This document shows positions 51,312 to 62,882 of a stretch of DNA of 64,000 nucleotides, in pieces (positions within the stretch are counted from its first letter, which is position 1; each line of letters begins with the position of its first letter). Position numbers and translations under genes: made by a program. The notes under the pieces are model-generated. The model made no database searches, was not told where the DNA came from, and saw nothing but the letters and a program-made list of their open reading frames with translations. Source of the DNA: Anolis carolinensis (Eukaryota); the NCBI RefSeq assembly GCF_035594765.1, contig NC_085842.1, positions 19,506,782 to 19,570,781 of the forward strand, read 5' to 3'.

Positions 51312-51650
51312 CTGTGTGAGAGATCAAAGCAGTGGGAAGTAAGTTGCCCATGTTGGCCTCAGAGACAAAAGAACACAATCCCTCAAACCCTTATCAGAGC
51401 AAAACCCCTCGAACATAAGAAAAATTAGTTCTAATGGACATAAGTAGCAACGTGATAATGGTTAAGGTGATTATCTGGAAATTTTGAACACCACATTCTA
51501 ATCCCCACTAACCAGGAAACTTAGTCAAGTCATACTGGCATGTATCACAATATTTTTTTTCGTAATAGTAAAGGCTCAGTATATGGAACAAAATGAGGGA
51601 TTTAAATGTAATTCTGCATAAAAACTTGCTTTATTGGGGAGTATCCGTAC

Positions 51651-51753
51651 CTTGCAAAGTGATGTCCCTTTGCTGGGAGCTCTGCCTGGCACCTGATGGA
51701 GCCTCCCTTACAGCAGAGAAATCAGGTTGAATGTCCACAGGGAGCTTCTTCAC
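51651..51753 (-). CDS. ZNF gene C linker exon (103 nt)
   Basis: Paralog of 16150-16252, open frame, AG/GT intact. Confidence 0.85.
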
Positions 51754-52361
51754 CTGAAACAATTGTCAGGATTCAAGACAGGATTAGAAAGTGATGTACT
51801 TCCAAATGGCGGGATGTGTGTATGAAATTGACAGTGTAGCAGGCAGGGGCAAACTTTGATCCTCCAGGAGTTTTGGACTTCAACTCTCACAATTCCTAAC
51901 AGCCAGTAGTCTGTTAAGAATTGTGGGAGTTGAAGTCCAAAACACCCAGAGGGCCAAAGTTTGTCCATGCCTTGAGTAGAGTGAATCCATCCATCATTTC
52001 ACCCTCGCTCACCTCTAGAAAAAAAGGGTATCATGCTTTAGAGGGGGAAGGGCAGACTTGGATGTGTCAAGGAACTACAACCACACTAGCAAATCCACCT
52101 CTGCTTCCATGGCAACCAAAAGATGTGGCATTCCCTTTAGAAACAAAACAAATAAGGAGTACGCATCTTACTTGAAGATTCTGAGATTGTGAATCCACTT
52201 CAAATTAAGAGGAGCCTTGTTTTCTTAAGATTATACATTACAACAGAGATGCAACAAATATCCCAGTGGCTCTTGAGAGTGGCAGTAGTAGGAACAGAAG
52301 AGATTGAAGAACAAGTGAACAGGGGAAGATGTCCTGAACCTTGCAGATGAAATGCACTTAC

Positions 52362-52775
52362 CTGCTCTTTTTCATCCTGCTCCTCTGCTTCCTTACTCAG
52401 GAGGAATCCTTCTGCCAGGGCCATGGCCTGGGAACATGTCTCTGCTCCACACTCCCTGACCCAGCTTGACATCTTTGGTGGGAGGAGGGTCAGGAACTGC
52501 TCCAGCACCACCAGGTCCAGCATCTGTTTTTTTGTGTGTTTTTCTGGCTTCAGCCACTGGCGACAGAGATGGTGGAGTTGGCTGCAGATCTCCCGGGGCC
52601 ACTCCACCTCCTCACAGGAGAACTGACTAAAATGCTGAGGCTGTATGTCTGAGTTGCCAAGGTTATCACCCAGGAATTTGAGCATCGTTCTTGCCCAGAA
52701 TCTTCTATTACTTTCAACACATGAGCCCTGAACGACTTGTCCTGCTTCAGATCCAGCTGAGTCCGATCTGTCCAT
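52362..52775 (-). CDS. ZNF gene C (SCAN-KRAB-C2H2, ZKSCAN-like), SCAN exon
   Basis: SCAN motif [26 protein letters not shown]; donor CAG|GTAAGT. Confidence 0.92.
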
Positions 52776-53729
52776 CTTTCAATCGATGTCCAATGGAGGT
52801 ACCAATGCAAACCTCCTGGTTATGGCTCCTCCTTCCCTCTCAGGGTCAAGAATCCCTCATCAGTCATTGTGCCAAAACTCTGTAAAGCCAAGAGATTGCA
52901 TTAACAATTGTTGCACTCTGTAAGCAAGAACAAATAGGGACTTTTACAACTGAGAACAGTCTCTCTTCCTTGAAGGAAAGGTCCTTGGTGATCAGGAAAT
53001 CATTTTCACCTGAGACCCATGAAGGAAGGCCTTGAGTTATTTGAGAATCAAAGCATTGTGGCCCATCATTCCCACTCATCTCTCTAATTTCCCCCAGCCT
53101 CGCCTTCCTTCTCTTGGCCTTCCACTGACCTCCCATCTCTGTCTCACCCTTCGTATTGACCTCAGCCCCATCCACACTGCTGCCTCATGAATAATTCTGG
53201 AGTTTCATTCTTTTTGCTAAAACTACTTAACACTTAAAAAAACACCTTTGCTTGTATGGTTTTAAGTTGTTTCCACCCTATTGTGACCTCAAGATGAATC
53301 TTTCATGAAGTTCATTTTTGTCACTAGCCATTGTTTGACATGTAAACAACAAAAATGATACCACACGGGGTCTTTTTCAAATCACAAACACATGGACTCA
53401 CATTTTAAAATAGGCTTTCTGAAATACAATTTAACAGTCATTCTAACTTTAAAATGACATTACTCCATCCAAAAAGACTGCTGTTGGTTGTTGTGAGCTG
53501 TAAAGTCATTTCTGACCTTTGGTAATCCTAAATTTATGCTTCCACAGGGTTTTCTTAGCAAGATTTTTGCAGTGGGGTAGACTGCCTTCCAATGAGAGAA
53601 TGTGATGGCCCAGCACACCCAGTAGGTTTCAAGTGAAAGCGGATTTGAACCCAGATGTTCAAGCCTTTATATCAAATTGGTTCTTTTTGTGGCATGACCT
53701 GCCAGAATAGATCCAACAGCTATAGATAG

Positions 53730-53763
<34 letters not shown>

Positions 53764-53943
53764 AGGGATAAAGGCTAGACTATGGACCAAGCTAATGAGT
53801 ATTTATATAAGCATTACTGACACACCAACAAATGAAATTGTCTCTAAGAAATGTAAATTAAATGTTATTATTAAAAGTAAGGGAAAATAGAGAATGTAAT
53901 GTATAAGTAATGTGACAAAGTGATTAGAAGAAATCCTAACGGT

Positions 53944-53949
<6 letters not shown>

Positions 53950-53990
<41 letters not shown>

Positions 53991-54890
53991 TTATTCTTGT
54001 ACCCCGCCCCATCTCCCCGAAGGGACTCGGGGCGGCTCACATGGGGCCTTGCCCAACATCACAATATAAAATCAAAACAAAAACACAAATTTACAACAAT
54101 AAATCAACAATATCGGTAAAACAATCGAAAAGGACAATCTTACAAGATAAAATGTTAAAACAGGTATATCAAACACAAGTCTGGGCCGAAAGGTGAATGT
54201 GTCAAATCGGGAGGAGATACAGTAGAGTCTCACTTATCCAACATTCACTTATCCAACGTTCTGGATTATCCAACGCATTTTTGTAGTCAATGTTTTCAAT
54301 ACATCGTGATATTTTGGTGCTAAATTCATAAATACAGTAATTGCTACATAGTATTACTGCATATTGAGCTACTTTTTCTGCCAAGTTTGTTGTATAACAT
54401 GATGTTTTGGTGCTTAATTTGTAAAATCATAACCTAATTTGATCTTTAATAGGCTTCTCCTTAATCTCTCCTTATTATCCAACATATTCGCTTATCCAAC
54501 GTTCTGCCGGCCCGTTTATGTTGGATAGGTGAGACTCTACTGTAGTTACATAATTGACATAGTCAATGAAGTACTATAAATGACAATAGTGACAATAAAA
54601 GGGCAGATCAGTGGGTCTATTATTACATAGGCAGGCATCTTAAACCAACAAAAGTCACTCATCAAAGGCTTTCCGGAAAAGCCAGGTTTTCAGATTCTTC
54701 CGGAAGGAGAGGAGGGTGGGGGCCAGCCTAATCTCCCTAGGGAGCAGGTTCCAAAGCTGGGGGGCTATGACAGAGAAGGCCCTCTCTCTCGTCCCCACCA
54801 ACCGCGCCTGCGAGGGTGGTGGGAGCGAGAGGAGGGCCTCCCCCGACAAGCGAAGAGATCGTGCAGGTTCATAGGGGGAAATGCGGTCTC
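53950..54890 (-). mobile_element. L2 LINE 3' end with a MITE nested at 54220-54542
   Basis: RERAFSVIAPQLWNLLPREIR...FRKNLKTWLF and (TTA)n tail. Confidence 0.85.
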
Positions 54891-55957
54891 TAATAATAAT
54901 AATAATAATACATTTTTATGTGTTGTCGAAAGCTTTCATGGCTGGAATCTCTGTGTTGCTGTGAGTTTTCCAGGCTGTATGTCCATGTTCCAGAAGCATT
55001 CTCTCCCTGGACATTCCACAGATATATAACCCTCACTTGCCTAGTTTCCTACAGACCTCACAACCTCTGAGGATGCCTGGCGTAGATGCAGGTGAAACGT
55101 TAGGAGATAATGCTTCGGGAACATGGTCACACAGGCCGAAAATTCATAGCAACCCAACAACGTGTTATTTATATCCCACTCCCTCTTCCGGAAGGGACTC
55201 GGGGCGGCTTACAGCAAGTAACAGTTAAAACAATACAAAAAAGAGTACATAGGTCAAATTAACATACAAATAGAACCATTGCAATTACTGGAAACATGTA
55301 AGAACATAACATATCATCAACATCAAAAATAGCTGCTCTTGCTGGAAGAAAAGCATTAAAATGTTAAAAACCATTTAATATTTCTGGGTATAGCCCCAGA
55401 GGAGAAGATAAGAAAAAGGTGGGACAATATAAGAAGAAAGGAGATCAACAAGAAAGTCCAATGTTTTCCTAAACAAGACATTGTGAATGGAACTGTTTTA
55501 AAAATAGAAATACTGTATGTGTAACAATACCCTCCCCTTCCTCATTCTTGCTGTACATTCAGACTTATGGATAGACTTACCTTACTAACAAAACTCCATA
55601 ATTAACTTATTATACTTTCCTTGGTCTCTCCCCCCACTCTTATGGTATAAAAGTGTAAAAATGAATACACACATATACACACAAACATACATAGATATAA
55701 AAACAGTTTAAAAATTCAGTTAGAAATCATTCAAACATATTCTGCTCTGGAATTCTTTTAAAATCAATTTCATGTCTAAGAAGAACTGGAGTTTCTAATT
55801 TCTACTGTAAATCAAAGCTGTCTGTACCAAGCGTGGGGAGGATTTTTTAAAAATCTAAATCCCTCCCTTTCCTGTTCATTTCCCCCTCCTTCCACATCTT
55901 TACCACTGCCACAAGGCCTGGACCACACAATAAAAATAAATAATAGTAATGACCCAC

Positions 55958-56217
55958 CCAGTCTTCCTCCCTTTGAAGGCTGAGAAGGCCTCGTCTGGGC
56001 CCTACAACACTGCTCTGGTCTCCATGGCAACGGGCCTAGCTCCCATGCGCCGCCATCCTCGGCCTCTGCGCCTTTCAACACCCCCAAGAGGGAATGTTTT
56101 TAGGGAGGAGAGTGTGACGATGACGCCGCTGGGTCCCTCCCCTCAACTCCCTTCCTCCCTTCCTTTCTTTCTTTCTCTCCTTCCCTGTGACTGAAGCAGC
56201 CCTTTCAGGCTCCAGTC
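55958..56217 (-). promoter_or_regulatory. promoter / non-coding first exon of ZNF gene C
   Basis: CpG patch paralogous to 11990-12269; donor |GTGGGT at 55957. Confidence 0.6.
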
Positions 56218-56359
56218 CAGGCCTGGGCCCACTTGGGCCCGCCCTCCAGGAGTTTTGGACTTCAACTCCCACAATTCCTAACAGCCGGTAGGCTGTTAGG
56301 AATTGTGGGAGTTGAAGTCCAAAACTCCTGGAGGGCGGGCCCAAGTGGGCCCAGGCCTG
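56218..56359. mobile_element. palindromic hAT-type MITE
   Basis: 142-bp hairpin with 4-nt centre; imperfect 8-bp TSD CTCCAGTC/CTTTAGTC. Confidence 0.85.
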
Positions 56360-56702
56360 CTTTAGTCTACAGATCTTCAGGAGAGATAAAGCTGAGTATA
56401 ATAATCTGCTTTAAATTGATCTGAGTCCACACTGCCAGATAACCCAATTCAAAGCAGATAATCTGGATTTTATATGGGAGTGTCAAAGGGGCCTCAAGTC
56501 CACAGAGCAGCAGAAAACAGGTGTGCTCCCTCCTCAGTGTGACTTCCATGACATGCAAATATAACAAGAATACTAGGGGCCCTTCTGCACTGCCGTATAA
56601 TTCAGAATATCAAGGCAGAAAATCCCTCAATATCTGCTTTGATCTGAATTATATGAGTCCACACTGCCATGTATTCCAGTTCAAAGCAGATAATACCCGG
56701 CT

Positions 56703-57012
56703 GCTGAGTGGGATGGAGCCATCCTACCAAGGAAGCACTCTCCAACAGCCACTGGGGGACCCTCCCAGCATCTTTAACTGCCATTCCACCGGTCGCTGAG
56801 TGGGAGGAAGCCATCCTACCAACCAGGCTTTCTCCAACAGCCACTGAGAGACCTTCCCGCCATCTTTAACTGTCATTCCACCGACCACTGAGAAGCCCTT
56901 CCGTCGTCTTTCACTGCCATTTCACCAGCCGCTGAGTGGGAGAGAGTCAGCCTACCAACCAGGCTTTCTCCAACTGCCACTGAGAGACCTTCCCGCCATC
57001 TTTAACTGCCAT
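56703..57012. repeat. ~91-bp tandem repeat with ~45-bp subunits
   Basis: GCTGAGTGGG...CCTACCAA...CTCCAAC.GCCACTG...CATCTTTAACTG recurs three times plus a half unit. Confidence 0.8.
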
Positions 57013-57294
57013 CTTTTTATTATTTTTTGTGGAGACGTCTTAATTTTCTCACTGGCTAATGTTTATCACCAGTGACAAAGCTTAGCGAAATATACTATTG
57101 AACTGATGAGTCTCCACAATAATTGTAATTGGTTTTCTTTTTTTTACTGTTTATGTCTTATTTCTGGACATCGTTGTGCCTTGTGTGATTTTTGTCTTGT
57201 ATTTTATGTTAAATGTGTTTTGACATGTGTTGTATTATGTTGTGAGCCACGTTGGTTCCCATTAGGGAGAAAAGTGTTATTACTATTACTAATA

Positions 57295-57981
57295 CAGTAG
57301 AGTCTCACTTATCCAAGACTTGCTTATCCAAGGTTCTGGATTATCCAATGCATTTTTGTATTTATTTACTTATTTACAGTATTTATATTCCGCCCTTCTC
57401 ACCTTGAAGGGGACTCAGGGCGGATCACATTACACATATAAGGCAAACATTCAATGCCTTAACATAGAACAAAGACAAAGACAAACACGGGGCTCCGAGC
57501 TGGCCTCGAACTTATGACCTCTTGGTCAGAGTGATTTGTTGCAGCTGGCTGCAACTGGCTGCTCAACAGCCTGCGCCACAGCCCGGGCACATTGTAGTCA
57601 ATATTTTCAATATATCATGATATTTGGTGCTGGCCTCGAACTCATGACCTCTTGGTCAGAGTGATTTGTTGCAGCTGGCTGCAGCTGGCTGCTCAACAGC
57701 CTGCGCCACAGCCCGGGCACATTGTAGTCAATGTTTTCAATATATCATGATATTTGGTGCTAAATTAGTAAATACCGTAATTACAACATAACATTACTGC
57801 ATATTGAACTACTTTTCTGTCAAATTGGTTGTATAACATGATGTTTTGGTGCTTAATTTGTAAAATCATAACCTAATTTGATGTTTAATAGACTTTTCCT
57901 TAATCCCTCCTTATTATCCAAGATATTCGTTTATCCAAGGTTCTGCCGGCCCGTTTAGCTTGGATAAGTGAGACTCTGCTG
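57295..57981. mobile_element. Tc1/mariner-pogo MITE with nested SINE and 130-bp tandem duplication
   Basis: Family TIRs; SINE (-) at ~57358-57590; duplicated units start at 57499 and 57629. Confidence 0.8.
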
Positions 57982-58090
57982 TATTAGAAAAGGAGAAGTT
58001 GATGGACAAGAACCACTGCTCACAACAGCAACCACTTCATCGGGTTGTATGTCTTTCGGGCTGTATGGCCATGTTCCAGAAGTATTCTCT

Positions 58091-58131
58091 CCTGACGTTT
58101 CGCCCACATCTATGGCAGGCATCCTCAGAGG
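58091..58131 (-). ncRNA. minimal type I hammerhead ribozyme (Penelope-associated)
   Basis: Reverse complement identical to the 47009-47049 core. Confidence 0.7.
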
Positions 58132-58357
58132 ATCACAACAACCCTGTGATCCCGGCCATGAAAGCCTCCGACAACCACTTCATCATTCAAAAGTATTTTG
58201 AGAAAGATGACTACAGATTCTAACTCAGGCCTGGGCAAACTTGGGCCCTCCAAGTGTTTTAGACTCCGGCGCCCACAATTCCTAACAGCCTACCTGTTGA
58301 AGTCCAAAACACCTGAGGCCAAGCTCAAGTTGGTCCAAGCCTGCTACAAAGAGATCC

Positions 58358-58559
58358 TACTTCCGGTCCCCCCTTCAAACATGCCCTCCGGCATCCTATT
58401 CTTGCTCAGAGCCTGGCAGAGTGGCAGTCACGTGACGCCAAGCGGGAGGCGTGGCCAAGCATCCTGCTGAGGAAAGCCAGCCGAGTGCCCCCTTCAAAGG
58501 AGTCCCCCGGAAACGCCTCTTCTTTTGTGTGCGAGGAAGAGGCCGGTAGGAAAGTACAG
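58358..58559 (+). promoter_or_regulatory. promoter / first exon of a probable fourth gene, paralogous to the gene B promoter
   Basis: ACTTCCGG ETS site, GTCACGTGAC at 58427-58436, shared CAGAGCCTGGCAG and TCTTTTGTGTGCG blocks, donor CAG|GTGAGG. Confidence 0.6.
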
Positions 58560-58980
58560 GTGAGGCTGGCGGGGGCCGGAGGGGGAAGGGGGTGGGTGGG
58601 TGGGCTCCCAAGCTTTAAAGCCTTATCCTCATCTTATCCTCGTCTCAGTCTTCCAACCCTCTTGCTTAACCTTTTCTGTTTATTTATTATATTACTTTCC
58701 CCTCACAAAACAGGACTCACAGCCTCTATTGCAGGCATGGGCAAACTTCGGCCCTCCAGGTGTTCTGGACTTCAACTCCCACCATTTGGCTGTTAGGAAT
58801 TGTGGGATTTGAAGTCCAAAACACCTAGAGGGCCGAAGTTTGCCCATGCCTGCTCTATTGCCACTGCTGTCACACACAGATATAAACACAAGGTTGTTTT
58901 GTTGCTACAGTCTCACTTGTAATTCAAGATAGAATAATATACATAATCTGACTATTATTTATTAATAATTAATAATAATA

Positions 58981-59220
58981 GCCCGGGCTGTGGCGCAGGC
59001 AGGAGAGCAAGCCAGCTGCAACCAGCTGCAATGAATCACTCTGACCAGGAGGTCATGAGTTCGAGGCCCGCTTGGAGCCTATGTTTGTCTTGTCTTTGTT
59101 CTATGTTAAAAGGCATTGAATGTTTGCCTATATGTGTAATGTGATCCACCCTGAGTCCCCTTCGGGGTGAGAAGGGCGGAATATAAATGCTGTAAATAAA
59201 TAAATAAATAAATAAATAAT
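58981..59220 (+). mobile_element. tRNA-derived SINE with L2-type tail
   Basis: Same family as 16710-17165; (TAAA)n tail. Confidence 0.8.
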
Positions 59221-59308
59221 GAATATGGGAAACAAACAATCATATTTAGGAATGTTTTACAAAGATATAATAAACATTATGTTCATGTTTGAATATTTTT
59301 CAAAATAC

Positions 59309-59626
59309 GTGTTGTTGAAGGCTTTCATGGCCAGGATCACAGGGTTGTTGTATGTCTTTCGGGCTGTGTGGCCATGTTCCAGAAGTATTCTCTCCTGACG
59401 TTTCGCCCACATCTATGGCAGGCATCCTCAGAGGTTGTGAGGTATGGAAAAACTAAGCAAGGTATGTTTATATTCCTGGACTTCCCACAGATATATATAA
59501 ACATTCCTTGCTTAGTTTTTCCATACCTCACAACCTCTGAGGATGCCTGCCATAGATGTGGGCGAAACATCAGGAGAGAATACTTCTGGAACATGGCCAC
59601 ACAGCCCGAAAGACATACAACAACCC
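59309..59626. mobile_element. Penelope-like palindromic fragment
   Basis: ~130-bp near-identical inverted arms. Confidence 0.85.
59394..59434 (-). ncRNA. minimal type I hammerhead ribozyme (Penelope-associated)
   Basis: Intact core on the minus strand within the palindrome arm. Confidence 0.65.
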
Positions 59627-60270
59627 CCTTTTTCAAAATAACTCATAGGTTCCTCCAAAGCTACGTAGTCATATTTCTCTTGCCCATCTTTCCAATTGTA
59701 GAACTTTATACTACCCAATACTTCCTTCTGACAGTTGATTCCTTATCTCCCCTAGATTTTTCGTTTTTGATTCCCAATCTTTTAATTTCATAATTTCTTT
59801 TTCTTTAAATTCTCTTTCTAACTCCCTTTTGAGATTCATTGGGAATTTTTTTGTAATTAACACCGGTGTTAATGGGGAGATCGGTGGTAATAGTTTTTCT
59901 TCATACTTGGTCCAGATTTCTAATATATTTTTTAAAAAGGAGTTCCCTATTTTATTATACAATTTCTTCTCTGAATTCCTGGTTTTCCCTATGAAGAAAA
60001 TATTCTCTAATTTCATATCTATATCTTTACTCTCTTCTTCTAACCATTCTAAATCCTCTTGTCCTATAATCCCTTCAATAATATACCTTAATTGATTTGC
60101 CATATAGTATGGGTTTAAGTCTGGTATTCCCAGACCTCCCTTCTTTTGTATTTTATACCATTTTTCTTTATTTATTCTAGCCCTTTTATTCCCATTACAA
60201 AAGGTATTTATCATATTCTGCCAATTTGTAATTTCACCAGTTGAAATGTTAATAGGTAGCATTCTAAACA
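59627..60270 (-). mobile_element. L1-clade LINE ORF2 fragment (post-RT region)
   Basis: FRMLPI...KGGLGIPDLNPYYMA motif; A-rich sense strand. Confidence 0.8.
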
Positions 60271-61067
60271 AAAAAAAAAAAAAGCTATGTAGTCATAACT
60301 TTAAATTAATCCGCTATAGTCCCATGTGAGTTGAAACTGTAGTGAAAAGTCTTTGGAAGTACGTGATGATCAGGAATGTGATCCGGAAAACAACAAGGGT
60401 TCCTGGGTGCTTTTATCCTTGTTTCAGGAAAAGTATCCCTTCTTCAGGTTGCTTGCTTCATGTATTTGAACTAGTGTCTTCAGAAGATTTTATAGGCTAT
60501 ATTTAAAGAGACAACATAATAGATATGTTATACTAGCGCCCAGTAGCAATAAACAATTGATAATCTTTTAACAACAATTAAAAAAAGAGAAAACACTTCC
60601 TCTGGAAAGGCCTACAACAAGGACAGAAAACTGGTAGCTGTTGATCCTCAGGTGTGTTAGCAGTGTCGGTCAAAATATGTAGCAAGTGGTTCTTATTTTC
60701 CCACCCAAATGAAGACATGTTTGTGTATGTACAAACTCGTGATGAAAATGAGCATGCACATACACAAGCAAAACTCCTGGCTGGGAAGAGAGAGATGAGT
60801 TATGCCCATAACTGTACAGCTCTCTTTTTGAAGCCAACCAGAGAAGGAAAGCTTACCACTGAACCTCTATTACTGTCAAGAAGTTCTGTTTAATGTTCAA
60901 TTTAAAACCATTAGATTTGGTCCTGCTACCCTCTGAGACAGCAGAGAATGAGCTCCTCTGTAGCAATCCTTGAGGTGTTTAAAAAGAGCAGCCATGTCAC
61001 TCTGCAATGTTCTCTTCACCAGCTGAACAGACCCAGCTCCCATAATCTGTCTTTGTATGTTTAATTG

Positions 61068-62828
61068 TCAGGCTCCTGCTAGTTCCGGAGTTATAATGTT
61101 CCTAGAACAACCACAATCCACGAATGCCTTGCAGGTGGCCCGATTCTCTAGCCCCGAGATGCAGATTGGCACTACTATCATGCGTTTGTCCCGACTCACC
61201 AGTTTTTCCGAAGATTCTGGGGCTTGCACCTCCTCCTCCGCACGCCTTCCGGTTGCTGGCTTGGGTTTTGAGGGTTTTGGCGGCTCCCCCTTCCGTGCCC
61301 AACATTCTGCTGCTCGATGGCCCGTTTTCCCACACACAAAGCATCCCGGTTTAGGTTTGTTGTCGTCTCCTCTGGGGGGAATCCCCGGCCTCCCTCCGTA
61401 CCTTTCCTGCTTCCTCGTTTCTCCTCGGCCTCTCGCCACCGGTCTCTGCTGGCCGCTGCTGCCCCTGAAGCGCTTCACTTGGGCCAGGGTGGACTCAACG
61501 CGCCCCGCTAGTTGAATCCATCCCTGGAGCGTTTCGGGGTCATCTCTGTGCGCTGCCCAGCTGAAAACTTCGGGGCGTAGTCCCTCTTTAAATATTTCCA
61601 CTTTGGTCACTTCAGACCACTCTGGTACCCTTTCCGCGAGGTGGAGGAATTCCTCTGCGTACTCGGGCACCGTTTTGTCCCTCTGCTTTATTCCTTTAAA
61701 CTGGTCTCGAGCCCTCAATTGCTCTAGCCGGTCTCTGAACCGGTTTTCCAGGGCGGCGAGGAAGCGGGGCACCGACCTCAGGCATGGGTCGCGTCTGGCA
61801 TGTAGTTGCACATACCAGCTTGCAGCTCCTCTCTTTAGTGTGTTGCCGATGGCTCGAACCCTGCTTGCTTCGGAGGGGAATGTGTGTGCATTGTCTTCCA
61901 TGTATCCTCTGATGCTAATTAGAAAAAAGTTCAGTTCAGCTGATTCCCCTCCGTATTCTAGTTTGAGATCTTCCCTTCTTGGCATCCATTCTGCGGCCCG
62001 TTGATGCTGTCTGGGAGGCATGGGGAAGGGTTGCATCGGGTTTCCTCGGACGGCCCCTTGGAACACGCCGCGCCCCACTCCGGTGGTCATTCTGCGCGGC
62101 TCCCGAAATCCTGCCGCCGCTGTCGGCCCTTCCACCCATCCGCATACGGGCCTCGCTGTAGCCCCCGCATCTCGCCTTTCCTCGTCGTACGGCACATCCT
62201 CCTCCTCCTCCTGGATCTCCTGCTCCTCTCCGCCTTCGTCTGCAAATCCACTGGACCCGATCCCTGGCCCCAGTGGTCTTTCCACCCCGACGCCCATTCG
62301 GGGGGTTGGGAGCTCTGTTGGAGATGGCGGCCTCAGAGTTCCCAGAGCTCGCTGGCGCTCCACTTCGCGTGCCATTCTGTCTCGGAACTCCAGCTCCTGC
62401 CAGTATTCCTCATCTCCCTCGTCCCTCGCTGCCACGGGACTCTGCGTTGATGCTCGCTGGCCCCTCTGGCTCCAATCTCCTTCTTTACTTGGCTCTCTCT
62501 CGGCGCCATATCGGATGGGCTCCTTTTGGAGATTCTCTTCCAATAGTGGCACCAACCTCCCCACGGTTTCCGACAGCCTGGATAAATTAGTTTCCAGGAT
62601 GGATAACCGCAGGGCCACGGTCTCCGGCATGCTTCCTCCAGATCCCCAACTGGTTTCTGCAGCCGCAGAGACGCCTCTTCCTCCCCTGGGAATCCTCTGG
62701 GTCACGCCGTTCGGCCTGGGGTACCCCGTAGAGGAAGCTATGGCTTGCAGCGTCTCTCCTCCCTTCGGCCGGGCCCCTTGCAAAGGCCTCCCTGCTCCAT
62801 TTGGGCTTTGATCTCCTTCTTCACTCAT
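61068..62828 (-). CDS. gag: retrotransposon Gag (capsid + CCHC nucleocapsid) fused to a truncated aspartic protease, 586 aa
   Basis: ATG at 62828 (MSEEGDQ); PEG10/RTL-like capsid (YGGESAELNFF...GAASW...QRDKTVPEYAEEF...FKEGL); CFVCGKTGHRAAEC knuckle; AFVDCGCSRNII protease motif. Confidence 0.88.
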   Translation of the reverse strand: MSEEGDQSPNGAGRPLQGARPKGGETLQAIASSTGYPRPNGVTQRIPRGGRGVSAAAETSWGSGGSMPETVALRLSILETNLSRLSETVGRLVPLLEENLQKEPIRYGAEREPSKEGDWSQRGQRASTQSPVAARDEGDEEYWQELEFRDRMAREVERQRALGTLRPPSPTELPTPRMGVGVERPLGPGIGSSGFADEGGEEQEIQEEEEDVPYDEERRDAGATARPVCGWVEGPTAAAGFREPRRMTTGVGRGVFQGAVRGNPMQPFPMPPRQHQRAAEWMPRREDLKLEYGGESAELNFFLISIRGYMEDNAHTFPSEASRVRAIGNTLKRGAASWYVQLHARRDPCLRSVPRFLAALENRFRDRLEQLRARDQFKGIKQRDKTVPEYAEEFLHLAERVPEWSEVTKVEIFKEGLRPEVFSWAAHRDDPETLQGWIQLAGRVESTLAQVKRFRGSSGQQRPVARGRGETRKQERYGGRPGIPPRGDDNKPKPGCFVCGKTGHRAAECWARKGEPPKPSKPKPATGRRAEEEVQAPESSEKLVSRDKRMIVVPICISGLENRATCKAFVDCGCSRNIITPELAGA

Positions 62829-62882
62829 TATCACTTCACTGCGAATTCCGCAGGAGGGTGAGAACAGGATTCTCGACTTAAA

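Noticed and set aside
52776-52879. In-frame Gag-SCAN fusion via the SCAN exon acceptor of gene C
   Set aside because: Phase-0 splicing to 52879 reads SFGTMTDEGFLTLRGKEEP* and is out of frame with SCAN; only skipping to 51753 or 50562 is in frame.
61195-61215. -1 ribosomal frameshift site between gag and protease (GGAAAAAC)
   Set aside because: The protease motif is already in frame with Gag and the heptamer does not fit X XXY YYZ.
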